From Promethearchaeia archaeon (GTDB lineage Archaea > Asgardarchaeota > Lokiarchaeia > Sigyniarchaeales > SOKP01): a stretch of DNA of 64,000 bases. The DNA is taken from the NCBI GenBank assembly GCA_029856045.1, contig JAHQWG010000047.1, positions 1 through 64,000 on the forward strand. The letters are read 5' to 3'. This document shows positions 10,011 through 20,385 of the stretch, piece by piece (within the stretch, counting starts at the first letter, position 1; every line of letters starts with the position of its first letter). The notes beneath the pieces were generated by a model. It ran no database searches, had not been told where the DNA came from, and saw nothing but the letters and a program-made list of their open reading frames with translations. Position numbers and translations under genes: made by a program.

Positions 10011-10637
10011 TTGAGTAAAAATACGGAAAAACAGAAAATGGAACAAAATAGGGATAAGAGTGAGAGAAAATCTATTCATACAACTATTTCTAATGAAAGT
10101 TATGAATTACTAGAAAATTATGCGAAATTGGAGGATAAACATAACCAAAAAATCTTTGGAAATAAATCAAAAGTTATAGAAAAAGCATTAGAATTACTTG
10201 ATAAACATTATAATCCCGAAAAAAATGAGTCTCAGCAAACTTGGAATAGAATAAAAGAGGAACTTAATATGGTTTTAGTTGGTAAAACAACTTTTCTTTC
10301 TTATATATCTGGAGATTACGAAAAAGCATTTAAAAAAAATATTGCGATTGAACTCATAGAATGGTATAGGGGGAAAAATATTGATGATTTAACCCTCAGC
10401 GAGCTTTTAAAATCAATTAAAAATATTTGGTTAGTAGCAAATTATTTTTATAAAATTGATATTGAAATTGGGAGTAAGGGAACCTATCAAATGTCTTTCT
10501 ATCACGATTTTCATAAAAAAAAATTTAGCGATTTCTGGGGAAATTATTTCAGTGAGTTATTAAGGACTCAAAAAGAGTGTGAAGTCGAATTTTTTTCAAG
10601 AAATGAATCATTAGTTCTAAGAATTACTCCTACTTAG
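10011..10637 (+). CDS. Ribbon-helix-helix (CopG-like) domain protein with an unknown C-terminal domain
   Basis: TTG start with AGGTGA 8 nt upstream. N-terminal KSIHTTISNESYELLENYAKLEDKHNQKIFGNKSKVIEKALELL fits the beta-alpha-alpha RHH pattern. Confidence 0.4.
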   Translation: MSKNTEKQKMEQNRDKSERKSIHTTISNESYELLENYAKLEDKHNQKIFGNKSKVIEKALELLDKHYNPEKNESQQTWNRIKEELNMVLVGKTTFLSYISGDYEKAFKKNIAIELIEWYRGKNIDDLTLSELLKSIKNIWLVANYFYKIDIEIGSKGTYQMSFYHDFHKKKFSDFWGNYFSELLRTQKECEVEFFSRNESLVLRITPT

Positions 10638-10897
10638 AGATAAATTTGAATTAAATTCACTTTATCAAAATTTGACAATTAGAATGCGACCAAGTTAATT
10701 GAGATTAGAGTTTTCAACTTTAACTAATAATTCCAATATTATAAGAAAAAAAATACACTTATAATATATTTTAATTGTTGAAAATTCAAATTTCGATGTC
10801 ATTATTGTGCATAAAAACAATTTTTTTAAACAATTGACAATTGATTTTTAACAATAGATTTGAAAAATTTTTAATGATTTACTGAGATAATACAAAA

Positions 10898-11428
10898 ATG
10901 GTTAAACCCTACCAAAAACCAAATATAAACCCCGATATGGGGGTTACAGTCTTCGAACCGGAGACTATGGCAAATATCTTAAAAGTTCAAGGAAAACGTA
11001 AGCTTTTTATAATTGGCGCAGAATCTTTAACTTGGGAACTCGATGGTAAAAAACTCGTGGATTATTTCATCGAAATTGTTAAAAAATTAGATGTGCCGGT
11101 CGTTGCTACAGGGCATTCATATAAATATTTATCTGAAAAACTCGGGAAGGACAAAGTTACAATGATGTCTCTAATCAATATCACGCAAAGACTCTCAGAC
11201 CCAAACTGGAAAGGAATCGATGGTAATGGTCAATATGACATGGCTATTTTTGGAGGACATATTGTTTTTTATGTGAGTCAAACCTTAAGTAATCTGAAAA
11301 ATTTTACCACATATTTAAGAACAATTGACTTGGATAAATATGCCCATCCAAATGCGAGATTCTCCCTAGCTAATTTAAGCGACGAAGAATGGAAAGAATT
11401 TTTAGAAAAATTAACCGTAAATTTGTGA
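10898..11428 (+). CDS. cdhB: Acetyl-CoA decarbonylase/synthase epsilon subunit (CdhB)-like
   Basis: 176 aa, placed directly upstream of cdhC. Motif LSDPNWKGIDGNGQYDMAIFGG resembles what I recall of CODH epsilon subunits (DPNW.G.DGNG.YD). The call is from memory and not checked. Confidence 0.5.
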   Translation: MVKPYQKPNINPDMGVTVFEPETMANILKVQGKRKLFIIGAESLTWELDGKKLVDYFIEIVKKLDVPVVATGHSYKYLSEKLGKDKVTMMSLINITQRLSDPNWKGIDGNGQYDMAIFGGHIVFYVSQTLSNLKNFTTYLRTIDLDKYAHPNARFSLANLSDEEWKEFLEKLTVNL

Positions 11429-11485
11429 ATGAATGAATTAATTAAAAATCTTTATTATTAAAAAAATAAAAAAAGGTAAAGAAAG

Positions 11486-12883
11486 ATGAGTTTTAGTGAT
11501 TTACCCGTAGATGTTGGACCCGTATATGAAGGAGAAAGAATTAGAGCTAAGCAAATGTATGTTGAACTGGGCGGTCCAAAAATTGAAAAGAAATTTGAAC
11601 TCGTTAGAGTTAAAGATCCAAAAGAGATAAAAGATGGAGATGTAAAAATAGTTGGACCCGACCTTTCAGATATGGAAGAAGGAAAATCATATCCCATTGG
11701 AATTCTTGTTGAAACCGCCGGTCCAGAATTAGAGATAGATATTGAAGCCGTTCTTGAAAGAAGAATACATGAATTTTGTAATTTCGTTAATGGGATTATG
11801 CATCTCAATCAAAGATATACAAACTGGTTACGATTATCCAAAAAAGCTTATGAGGATGGATTCAATTCTTTGAAGTTTTTAGGGACAATTCTCATCCGTT
11901 TATATAAAGCGGAACTTCCAATTGTAAAACAAGCACAAGTAACATTTTTTACAGATAAAGATTCAATAGCTAAACCACATGAAGAAGCAATGAAAATTTA
12001 TGACCAGAGAGATGAACGAGCCCGTGGATTGCACGATGAGGATGTTGATATGTTTTACGGTTGTGTGCTCTGTCAGAGTTTCGCTCCGAGCCATTGCTGT
12101 TGCATAACACCAGATAGAACCAGTTCATGTGGTTCAATCAGTTGGTTTGATGCAAGAGCTGCGGCGAAAGTCGATCCGAAGGGACCTATCTTTGAAATTC
12201 CACCCGGTGAATGTTTAGATGATTTTGCCGGAGAATATACGGGAGTAAATGAAACATTAAAAAAAAGATCTTTGGGTGAAGTCGATAGGATTTGGATCTA
12301 TTCTTCGATGACTAATCCGCATACAAGTTGCGGTTGCTTTGAGGCGGTATATTTTTACATTCCCGAAGTAGATGGATTTGGAGTTGTTGATCGAGGGTTT
12401 GATGGTCCCGCAATTAATGGGCTTCCCTTTAGCGCGATGGCAAACCAGACCGGTGGGGGCAAGCAATTACCAGGCTTTAACGGTATTTCGGTGCAATACC
12501 TAGCCTCTCCAAAGTTTCAACAGGTTGATGGGGGATTCTCGCGATGTGTTTGGATGGTAACTAATGTTAAAGAACGTATGTACGACCTTTTACCTGAAGA
12601 ATGGCGTGATTTAATTGCAACAGAGAAAGAAGTTGATGATTTAAGCAAATTGAAAGATTGGCTAAGAGAAAAAAAACATCCGATTGAGGAACGTTGGGAA
12701 GAAGAGGAAGAGGAGGAAGAGTGGGAAGAGGAAGGAGCAATGATTCCGGCGGGGACGCAGACGATGATGATTCCTGGAGCTGGTGGAATTGGTGGTTTCA
12801 AAGTAACTCTTATAAATTGCAAAATACATGCAGAGAAGGTAATAATTCAGAAACTTGAACGAGGTAAAAAGAAAAAGAAATAA
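11486..12883 (+). CDS. cdhC: Acetyl-CoA decarbonylase/synthase beta subunit (CdhC, A-cluster Ni-Fe-S acetyl-CoA synthase)
   Basis: 465 aa. Cys-rich A-cluster region CVLCQSFAPSHCCCITPDRTSSCGSISWFD and the CGC motif HTSCGCFEAV. C-terminal poly-Glu/Trp low-complexity insertion (EEEEEEEWEEEGA). Confidence 0.85.
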   Translation: MSFSDLPVDVGPVYEGERIRAKQMYVELGGPKIEKKFELVRVKDPKEIKDGDVKIVGPDLSDMEEGKSYPIGILVETAGPELEIDIEAVLERRIHEFCNFVNGIMHLNQRYTNWLRLSKKAYEDGFNSLKFLGTILIRLYKAELPIVKQAQVTFFTDKDSIAKPHEEAMKIYDQRDERARGLHDEDVDMFYGCVLCQSFAPSHCCCITPDRTSSCGSISWFDARAAAKVDPKGPIFEIPPGECLDDFAGEYTGVNETLKKRSLGEVDRIWIYSSMTNPHTSCGCFEAVYFYIPEVDGFGVVDRGFDGPAINGLPFSAMANQTGGGKQLPGFNGISVQYLASPKFQQVDGGFSRCVWMVTNVKERMYDLLPEEWRDLIATEKEVDDLSKLKDWLREKKHPIEERWEEEEEEEEWEEEGAMIPAGTQTMMIPGAGGIGGFKVTLINCKIHAEKVIIQKLERGKKKKK

Positions 12884-13091
12884 TTTTTATTTTATTTTAA
12901 TTTTTTTTATATTTTAAGCAACCTATTTTTAACTACTTATTCATAAATATTAGGTTTTACAATTAAAAAATTCAAAAAGTAAGAAGATGTAAATACAAAA
13001 ATAAAAAGGATTATTAACAAAAAGATTTTTTTTCCATTTTTTTTAAAATGAAATAAAATTTATATCACTTAAAAGAATATTTCATTAAAAT

Positions 13092-13535
13092 TTAGATGTA
13101 GTAGCCAGTAGAGTCTTCGTCTTCTCCAGGATCTGGATCATCATCTTCTTGATTGAAGTATTTATCCAGAAAACCTTTCAGCATATCCTGAATATCCCCT
13201 TCCATATTTTTCAGATCTTTAAAATCAGAGGCGTCAATTTTAATTATACCTCCTTGTTTTAGAGGAATTATTCTACTTTTCTTTCTAAGTTCTTTTTCCT
13301 TTTTTTTAATGTCAATTAATTCTTTCTGCATTAATTTTCGAAGTTCAACGCCGATTAATTCTTCTAAATAATCAGGATCCATTTCAGTTAGGTTTTCAGA
13401 ACCAAATTCTTTTTCTAATTTTAAAATAGCTTTTTGTTTTTTATATTCCGGAATTTGTTCGATAGAATCTAATGAAAGCATTTGAACTATTTTAAGCCAA
13501 TCAATTTTAAATGTCCAATTTTTATTGTTTTGCAT
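13092..13535 (-). CDS. Hypothetical protein with acidic C-terminus
   Basis: 147 aa, charged, C-terminal DDDPDPGEDEDSTGYYI. No family recognised. Confidence 0.35.
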   Translation of the reverse strand: MQNNKNWTFKIDWLKIVQMLSLDSIEQIPEYKKQKAILKLEKEFGSENLTEMDPDYLEELIGVELRKLMQKELIDIKKKEKELRKKSRIIPLKQGGIIKIDASDFKDLKNMEGDIQDMLKGFLDKYFNQEDDDPDPGEDEDSTGYYI

Positions 13536-13667
13536 TAATGTAAGCTCGTGTCACGTAATTTAATATTTAAATTAAAATATTTAATTTCTCATGTAATTTA
13601 ATATTTTTATTAATTATAATTTTTTATATTTTAAAATATAAAATCTTAAAAAGGATTGGATGATTAA

Positions 13668-14150
13668 TTGCGACCATTTTATTGGTCAGTGGAAGAAAAT
13701 AAGCATAGAGCAGACCCTTTTAATTGGATAATTAGGGGGAAAATGGCTGCTTCTTGGTGGCCTGATAGAGAAGTTTTTCAAATTTATAAAAACGAAGGCA
13801 TAAAGGTAATTATTAATTGCAGCGAGTTTGACAATCGTAACGATATCCCGGGTAATTTTAATTATTATCACATCAATATCCCGGATTTTGGATTGCCAAC
13901 TGAATCACAAATATTGAAATATATTGAGATCACAGATAAACACGGCACAAATGGAGAAGCAATGGTTACGCACTGTGTGGCTGGCTGTGGTAGAACCGGT
14001 CAAATGATTATCGTGTGGGCATCTAAAAATAATCAAATTCCAAAGGACATGGATCCAGTAAAGTGGTTGAGAAAAAAAAGACCATGCTCACTTGAAACTA
14101 AAAAACAAGAAGATTTCGCTAGAAAAATTTATCAATATTATCAAAAATAA
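13668..14150 (+). CDS. Dual-specificity/protein-tyrosine phosphatase (CX5R)
   Basis: Signature HCVAGCGRTG (HCxxGxxR P-loop). 160 aa, TTG start. Confidence 0.75.
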   Translation: MRPFYWSVEENKHRADPFNWIIRGKMAASWWPDREVFQIYKNEGIKVIINCSEFDNRNDIPGNFNYYHINIPDFGLPTESQILKYIEITDKHGTNGEAMVTHCVAGCGRTGQMIIVWASKNNQIPKDMDPVKWLRKKRPCSLETKKQEDFARKIYQYYQK

Positions 14151-14391
14151 GTAATATAAAAAAATTCCATTCTTATCCAATAAGAATTAATCCGTAGCAA
14201 CTATTAATAGAATAAAAGTACGTTTTGATAATTATTGTTGTTGTTTGGATTGGACCAATATGGGTTGGAGTTCTGTAAATTATTAAATGTTTTATTTTTT
14301 TCCCTCTTTTTTTAACTTTGTTATAGAAAGAAATTAAAATTGGAAAAAACAATAATTAAATCAATACAAACAAAATCTAATAGTAGTAAAA

Positions 14392-15330
14392 ATGTCTCGT
14401 CAAATATCTGATGAAGTTTATTTAAAATATCTTTTATTATCCTTAAATAAAGATGAATTAATGGAAATATGTAGATCTTTTAATATAAAAGGCTTTTCAA
14501 AGTTTGGTAAGGTAGATTTGACTAATTTTTTAATTGATAGTTTGGCTGAAGAAGAAGTAGCGGAATTACTAAAAGAAAGAGAAATGGATATTGTTACTAG
14601 GGAAATAAATAGGGCATTTGATATCATTAGAGGTAATGAACGTGAATCCGTGCAAAATATTAAGATAATAAATCCTAAAGAACATGAAATTGAGATTAAA
14701 TTTAAGGGCTTTAAATGGATGAATGAATTTTATCTTAGTATTAAAGATATAAATATTTCCGATCCAGAGAGAATTTGTGAATGTCGAATTGGGTCCGCTG
14801 GAGGTTTTTGTCCTCATTTTTGGGTTGGATTTATTGTTTCATTAAAAAAAGGGTTTTTTGATTTGAAAAATTGGACTACTACTAAATTACCTAAAGATTT
14901 CGGAAAGCGAATAAAAAATATTCAAATTTCTACTATATCAAAAGATAAATCAATAGAACAATTAAGGATTTTTGATGAAACTTCTGATGATGCAAAACTT
15001 TTAAAATTTTTAAATTCAAGAACAACTGTGTATGATGGAACTGTCTCCGATTTAGAGTTTAAGGAGGACGATTTTCAAGGTAATATTACTAGATACTATA
15101 TTGCAACACTAAAAGACGGTAAGTTAGGGCCTCAAATAAAAAAAAAATCAGATTTTAATGAAAATGAATTAGAAGAGTTTGAAGAAATTAAAGCAAGAAT
15201 CAGCGAAAAAAAGCAAATTGATGCAGATTTAAAGGTAGGAGATAAAACATCCTTAAATGGTTCCCTTACTAAAGATAATTTTTTGGATGCTCTTGTATTA
15301 AAAAGAGTAACAAAAATTCAAAAAAAGTAA
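14392..15330 (+). CDS. SWIM zinc-finger protein with an N-terminal Rho_N/HeH-like helix-extension-helix motif
   Basis: CECRIGSAGGFCPHF matches CxCxnCxH SWIM. N-terminal LSLNKDELMEICRSFNIKGFSKFGKVDLTNFLIDSL resembles a Rho-N/SAP-like motif. Confidence 0.5.
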   Translation: MSRQISDEVYLKYLLLSLNKDELMEICRSFNIKGFSKFGKVDLTNFLIDSLAEEEVAELLKEREMDIVTREINRAFDIIRGNERESVQNIKIINPKEHEIEIKFKGFKWMNEFYLSIKDINISDPERICECRIGSAGGFCPHFWVGFIVSLKKGFFDLKNWTTTKLPKDFGKRIKNIQISTISKDKSIEQLRIFDETSDDAKLLKFLNSRTTVYDGTVSDLEFKEDDFQGNITRYYIATLKDGKLGPQIKKKSDFNENELEEFEEIKARISEKKQIDADLKVGDKTSLNGSLTKDNFLDALVLKRVTKIQKK

Positions 15331-15419
15331 ATTAAAAATTATAAAGCATTCTCTCCTAATCTAATTAATAATTTTAAATAATCTAACATCAATTAATGAA
15401 TTATTAATGAGGAATAAAA

Positions 15420-16451
15420 ATGTTTTTTAAAGATAGATGTACCGTTTGTGGAGAATGTTTGATGAAATGCCCCTATTTGGCATATTCCGAGGAGAAAGCT
15501 AAGGAAGAGTTTAAAAAATTAATAGATGGTGAACCTACGCCAATAACTGCGGAGTGTATTACGTGTGCTGCCTGTAATATGTTCTGTCCTGAAGGTGCCA
15601 ATCCTTTTGATTTAATTAACGATAGGCAAGAAGAGACAGGAACATTTAAAGTTACCGATGACTGGATTGGAATGATGAAAATGGCGTCAAAAATGCCATC
15701 CAAAGTTATTAAAGGTGATCCTGAAAAGCCAATTATGAATCTCTGTTCAGTAGGAGATATACTTCCTGGAGTTATTGAAGGGCAGCTCTTCGATGGAATG
15801 ACATTTCTTAAAGGAGGTGATTTTTTTTGTTATTTTGGGTGGATCCATGCAGGAAAGCCAAGTATGGTTATTGAAAATGCCCAAATCTTTGTAGATAATC
15901 TCGCAAAAATTGGTGCTGAGGAAATAATATGTTATCACGACGATTGCTATGCGATGCTAACCAATAAGGTCAAAGAATTCGGAATAGATTTGCCATTTAA
16001 ACCGATTCATATATTAGAATATCTAAGAGATTATGTTAAGGAACATAATAACCAAATAAAAAAATTAAACATGAAAGTTGCCTACCAGCAACCCTGCGCA
16101 TCAAGATATGCCTTTGAAGAAAATGACAAAATACTTGATGAACTGTTTGAACTTATAGGGGTTGAAAGAGTAGATAGAAAATACGATCGAATTGATGCCC
16201 AGTGCTGTGGAGGAGTAATAAGTGTGATGTTAAATTTAGGTAAAGAAGAATCAAATAAAAGGCGGATGAGTAATATTATGGATGCAAAGGAAGCGGGAGC
16301 TGAAGCAATGGTTTTCTTATGTCCATTATGCGTTCTTCCCCTTAGAAGTCGAGCAAAAGCTCAAGGATTGGAACCATACATCATTAGCAACTTAGTGAGA
16401 TTAGCATTAGGGGAAAAACTCACACATGGAGGAGCTGGAAAGATCTATTAA
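15420..16451 (+). CDS. Fe-S oxidoreductase with two 4Fe-4S ferredoxin motifs and a CCG domain (HdrD/GlpC/GlcF-like)
   Basis: CTVCGECLMKCP and CITCAACNMFCP (CxxCxxCxxxCP x2). Later PCAS...AQCCGG...FLCPLC matches the CCG-domain pattern. Confidence 0.7.
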   Translation: MFFKDRCTVCGECLMKCPYLAYSEEKAKEEFKKLIDGEPTPITAECITCAACNMFCPEGANPFDLINDRQEETGTFKVTDDWIGMMKMASKMPSKVIKGDPEKPIMNLCSVGDILPGVIEGQLFDGMTFLKGGDFFCYFGWIHAGKPSMVIENAQIFVDNLAKIGAEEIICYHDDCYAMLTNKVKEFGIDLPFKPIHILEYLRDYVKEHNNQIKKLNMKVAYQQPCASRYAFEENDKILDELFELIGVERVDRKYDRIDAQCCGGVISVMLNLGKEESNKRRMSNIMDAKEAGAEAMVFLCPLCVLPLRSRAKAQGLEPYIISNLVRLALGEKLTHGGAGKIY

Positions 16452-16510
16452 TAAATAACTTTTTTTATTTTAAAAACTACTATTTTTTTTAATAAAATTG
16501 AAAAAAGGAT

Positions 16511-17902
16511 TTGATTAGTATTAATCCTATTATTCCTAAAAGTGGTTTTTTAACTGATAATAATATTATTTTAGCAACTGATTTTTATGAATTAACAATG
16601 AGTGCCGGATATTTTCAATATAATTTAGAGAATTCTATTGATGATCAAAATGACATATCAACTTTTGAAATATTTGTAAGAAAACTTCCTCGAAACAGAA
16701 ATTATCTAATTTTTGCTGGGCTTGAACAAGTCATACATTATTTAAAAAATGCACGATTTAATGAAAGAACGATCGAATATTTCCGAAGTAGAGAAGATTT
16801 TAATAATATAAATCCTAAATTTTTCGACGAGTATCTACCTAATTTTAAATTTGATCTCGATGTGTGGTCAATCCCAGAAGGACAATTTTTTTTCCCAAAT
16901 GAGCCAATCATGAGAATTGAGGGGCCAACAATTCAAGCACAGTTAGCTGAAACATACATACTGAATGTGATTACTTATCAAACTGCAGTAGCATCTAAAG
17001 CGTCAAGAATAAGAAATGTGTCTGGAAACCGAATAATTTTAGATTTTGGAACGAGACGTTCTCATAGCCCATTAGCAGGAATTTATGCTGCCCGTGCAAG
17101 TTATATTGCAGGATTTAATGGTACGAGCAACTGTGTGGCTGATTTGGAGTTGGGTATTAAAGCATCTGGAACAATGGCTCATTCATGGGTTCAAAGATTC
17201 CCTACAGAGCTAGAGAGTTTTAAAGCTTTTTATAAAATTTATGGAAAGAACTCAATTCTACTCATAGATACATATGATATTAAAAAAGGTACATTAAATG
17301 CATGTAAGACAGCTAAGGATATAAAAGGTGTGAGGATTGATTCGGGTGATCTTGCGGAAAATTCGAAAATTGTGAGAAAAATATTGGATGAAAATGGTCT
17401 TAAGAATGCAATTATTACATTAAGTAGCGATTTAAATGAGCATAAAATAAAAGATTTAATCGAAAAAGGGGCGCCCGCTGATGCTTTTGGTGTAGGTACT
17501 GAAATGGTTACAAGTCGGGATGATCCTGTTGTGAATAGCGTTTACAAACTGATACAACATAATGGAATTCCTAAGATTAAAATTAGCGAAGGAAAAATCA
17601 CATATCCTGGAAAAAAACAGGTTTATAGAGTATATGATGAGAATGGAAAATTTACAAAAGATATACTAATGCTAAAAAATGAAACTTCGCCTGAAGAAAC
17701 CGAGCCAATTATGATCCCAATTATGAAAAAAGGAAAATTGATCTATGAATTACCGGCTTTGGATGAGATCCAACAATTTTATTTTAAAAATATGGAAAAA
17801 TTACCGGAAGAATATAAAAAATTAGAACAATTAAACCTTTTTAGATTAAAATTATCAAATGGTATTAAAGAATTAACCCAAAAATTAAAGAATCAATATT
17901 AG
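16511..17902 (+). CDS. pncB: Nicotinate phosphoribosyltransferase (NAPRTase family)
   Basis: N-terminal LATDFYELTM, then ILDFGTRRSHS, GTSNCVA, AHSWVQ and RIDSGDL motifs, all typical of NAPRTase. TTG start. Confidence 0.8.
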   Translation: MISINPIIPKSGFLTDNNIILATDFYELTMSAGYFQYNLENSIDDQNDISTFEIFVRKLPRNRNYLIFAGLEQVIHYLKNARFNERTIEYFRSREDFNNINPKFFDEYLPNFKFDLDVWSIPEGQFFFPNEPIMRIEGPTIQAQLAETYILNVITYQTAVASKASRIRNVSGNRIILDFGTRRSHSPLAGIYAARASYIAGFNGTSNCVADLELGIKASGTMAHSWVQRFPTELESFKAFYKIYGKNSILLIDTYDIKKGTLNACKTAKDIKGVRIDSGDLAENSKIVRKILDENGLKNAIITLSSDLNEHKIKDLIEKGAPADAFGVGTEMVTSRDDPVVNSVYKLIQHNGIPKIKISEGKITYPGKKQVYRVYDENGKFTKDILMLKNETSPEETEPIMIPIMKKGKLIYELPALDEIQQFYFKNMEKLPEEYKKLEQLNLFRLKLSNGIKELTQKLKNQY

Positions 17903-17921
17903 ACTGCCTATTCTTAGACTG

Positions 17922-19355
17922 TTATGTAATAAAGCTTTTCAAAAAATTGATAATAAAATCATAAACAGTAGGTCCTACAAATATTAATAGTAAGATTATG
18001 ACTATCGGAAAAATAACGCTTAATAGCCCCCATAATATTTTTACTTTTTTGCTGGGAGGTTTCCAATCTCTGTATTTTTTCTTTTCTTGTGTTACTGTTC
18101 TAAATTCCCGCGTGATTGCTCTATTATACTGTTTCTTTCCTTTATCAGTTAAAGAGGTTTTATTATCTTTCTCAATGAATAGACCTCTTTTTTCCATAAG
18201 GTTTAAAATTTTATAAATTCCATATTTTTTAATATCATAGAGACCAAACATTGCCCAGATATCATAAATTTCATAACCCTTTTCAATAGCTTCAATGAAT
18301 CTATTATTTAATTTTTCCTTAGATAAGGATTTTTCATGAATAGTTATCAAAATCCAATGAGCTATCTTAAATTCAAATGCTTCATCTATTTTTAATTTAA
18401 AAGTATCAATTTCGATTTTATCTCCCGATTTAATTAACTCTTTTAAGGTTTCAGCGCCATCGTAGATAATTAGAGAAGCAATAAAAATACCAATAAGAGC
18501 ATCTATGAAATATATTTCAAATATAGCAAAAAATAACCCAATAATAACACCTATTGATAATCTAATATTATTTCGATTATCTTTTGCATCGGAAAGCAAT
18601 GAAAAATTTCCTGACAATTTACCAACAAAATTTTTAAGAAACAATAATATAAAATTTATTATAATTGAAAGGAACATTAACACAAATGTAAAATAATTAG
18701 GGGTAATAATCTCGGTATTAATTAGCGAAAAAAAAGAGGAAATTACAAGACTTATTCCAGTAAACAGCATTAAGATTATTATTATTAGAGAACCCTGTTT
18801 ATCTTTCTTAAATTTTATACTAAAGAAGATTATGAAAACTTTTATGATATCGGTAAAATTTTCAATACCTTCGTTAAACAAGGCATCACTTCCACTATTT
18901 AATCCTATTATAATTTTTAGAGAAGACATAATAATTAGACAAATCAAGGAAAATGCTAAAACAACTTTTTCATTAAAGAAAAACCTTAGAAATTTTGATT
19001 CAGTTAAAATTACTTTTCTACCTTTAATTAAAATTTCCTTTCCTTTTTCAGATAATGAAAGAATTTCACCCTCTTTTTGAATTAGGCTATTATTAATCCC
19101 TCCTTGAATTAGCTCATCCAATATAGTTTGAGTTAACTTTATATAACTCATCTCATTACTGTAAAAAACCTTAAAATAATCGTAAATCTTTTCAAGAGTA
19201 TTTTTCCCTTTATAAATTGAAACCATCACAGCGTATAATGGAGATCGACTTGAATCACCTTGAAGAAAAGGCATAATTTCATATGAATACTTTGTCGCTT
19301 CTTTATGGGAAGCACTTTCCACATTCTCTAATTTTTCGAGACTCAGTTTTTTCAC
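17922..19355 (-). CDS. Membrane protein; central 6-TM core is weakly cation-diffusion-facilitator-like, flanked by soluble N- and C-terminal domains
   Basis: Segments LNSGSDALFNEGIENFTD and LSDAKDNRNNIRLSIGVIIGLFF resemble the CDF TM2/TM5 metal-site regions. Low certainty. Confidence 0.35.
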   Translation of the reverse strand: MKKLSLEKLENVESASHKEATKYSYEIMPFLQGDSSRSPLYAVMVSIYKGKNTLEKIYDYFKVFYSNEMSYIKLTQTILDELIQGGINNSLIQKEGEILSLSEKGKEILIKGRKVILTESKFLRFFFNEKVVLAFSLICLIIMSSLKIIIGLNSGSDALFNEGIENFTDIIKVFIIFFSIKFKKDKQGSLIIIILMLFTGISLVISSFFSLINTEIITPNYFTFVLMFLSIIINFILLFLKNFVGKLSGNFSLLSDAKDNRNNIRLSIGVIIGLFFAIFEIYFIDALIGIFIASLIIYDGAETLKELIKSGDKIEIDTFKLKIDEAFEFKIAHWILITIHEKSLSKEKLNNRFIEAIEKGYEIYDIWAMFGLYDIKKYGIYKILNLMEKRGLFIEKDNKTSLTDKGKKQYNRAITREFRTVTQEKKKYRDWKPPSKKVKILWGLLSVIFPIVIILLLIFVGPTVYDFIINFLKSFIT

Positions 19356-19367
19356 CTAAATTTAAAA

Positions 19368-20207
19368 TTAAATTGAAGATAGCAATAATATGGGAATCAC
19401 TATTATGATAGAAATTATCCCATATAATATGCAAAAATACCCAAATTGTATCTTTTGAGCAACTCTAATTAAAAATTCAATAGTTAAGTATCCGACTCCA
19501 AAACTAATCAATGTTGATAGAATTATAATTATCGGATCTAAAGTTCCCAAGATAGATCCCTCTCCAAATATAATATCTACTCCAATGGAAGCAATAGCTA
19601 CAGGAGCAGACATTAAAAAACTCAGCTTCAATGCAGAAGAATGCTCGTATTTTTCTCCAAGTATTGTCGAAACGGTGACACCAGAACGAGATATACCTGG
19701 CAAAATTGAACATCCTTGAATTAAACCAGCTAAGAAGCTATGTTTAAAGATTTTTTGATCTTCAATGTCATTTATTGTATTCTTTCCATAATCTTTTCTT
19801 ATTTTTAGTAAAATAATACCAGTAATAATTAGAAATCCTGAAATGATTAAAGTTATTAAATCTCCTTGAAATGCAGAAAAACTATCCTTAATTAAGAAAT
19901 AGAGTGGTAAAGCCGTAATAGCCGTACCAATGGTTGCAAAGATCACCCAATTTCTTTTTTTAATATCAATATCCTCTACTTCAAATATATTGGGCAAAAA
20001 AGATTGAATTATTTTTGTATAATCAGTCCTAAATTTCAAAAGAACCGCAATTGTCGTTCCTAAATGAAGCCATATGGCCAAACTGAATGCTTGATCTGGA
20101 GGTATTCCAAAAACGTTGATTGAAAAGATCATAACCTGTCCAGAGGAGGAAATGGGGAGCCATTCAAAAAGCCCTTGAAGAATTGCCAATATTATATACT
20201 CAATCAT
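19368..20207 (-). CDS. uppP: Undecaprenyl-diphosphate phosphatase (UppP/BacA)
   Basis: N-terminus ILAILQGLFEWLPISSSGQ matches the UppP signature (EGLTEFLPVSSTGH). 279 aa, polytopic. Confidence 0.8.
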   Translation of the reverse strand: MIEYIILAILQGLFEWLPISSSGQVMIFSINVFGIPPDQAFSLAIWLHLGTTIAVLLKFRTDYTKIIQSFLPNIFEVEDIDIKKRNWVIFATIGTAITALPLYFLIKDSFSAFQGDLITLIISGFLIITGIILLKIRKDYGKNTINDIEDQKIFKHSFLAGLIQGCSILPGISRSGVTVSTILGEKYEHSSALKLSFLMSAPVAIASIGVDIIFGEGSILGTLDPIIIILSTLISFGVGYLTIEFLIRVAQKIQFGYFCILYGIISIIIVIPILLLSSI

Positions 20208-20385
20208 AATATATTCAATTAAAATTAATTATTTCCTCTTAAAATTTTTGTAATATTTTTAAGACAATTTTGAAAATACTTTAAAAAAAAGAATAGTAAT
20301 TTTAAATGATTATATTAATTCGGTTTAAATAATTATATATTTCTAAAAAAATCAATTAATTATCTCCAAGTTTTAAATCTAACTT

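Noticed and set aside
11458-11808. 116-aa antisense ORF overlapping cdhC (also 12257..12466 and 12517..12822 on the minus strand)
   Set aside because: Entirely embedded in the well-supported CdhC coding region on the opposite strand. Low-complexity Ser/Pro-rich translations are typical of shadow ORFs.
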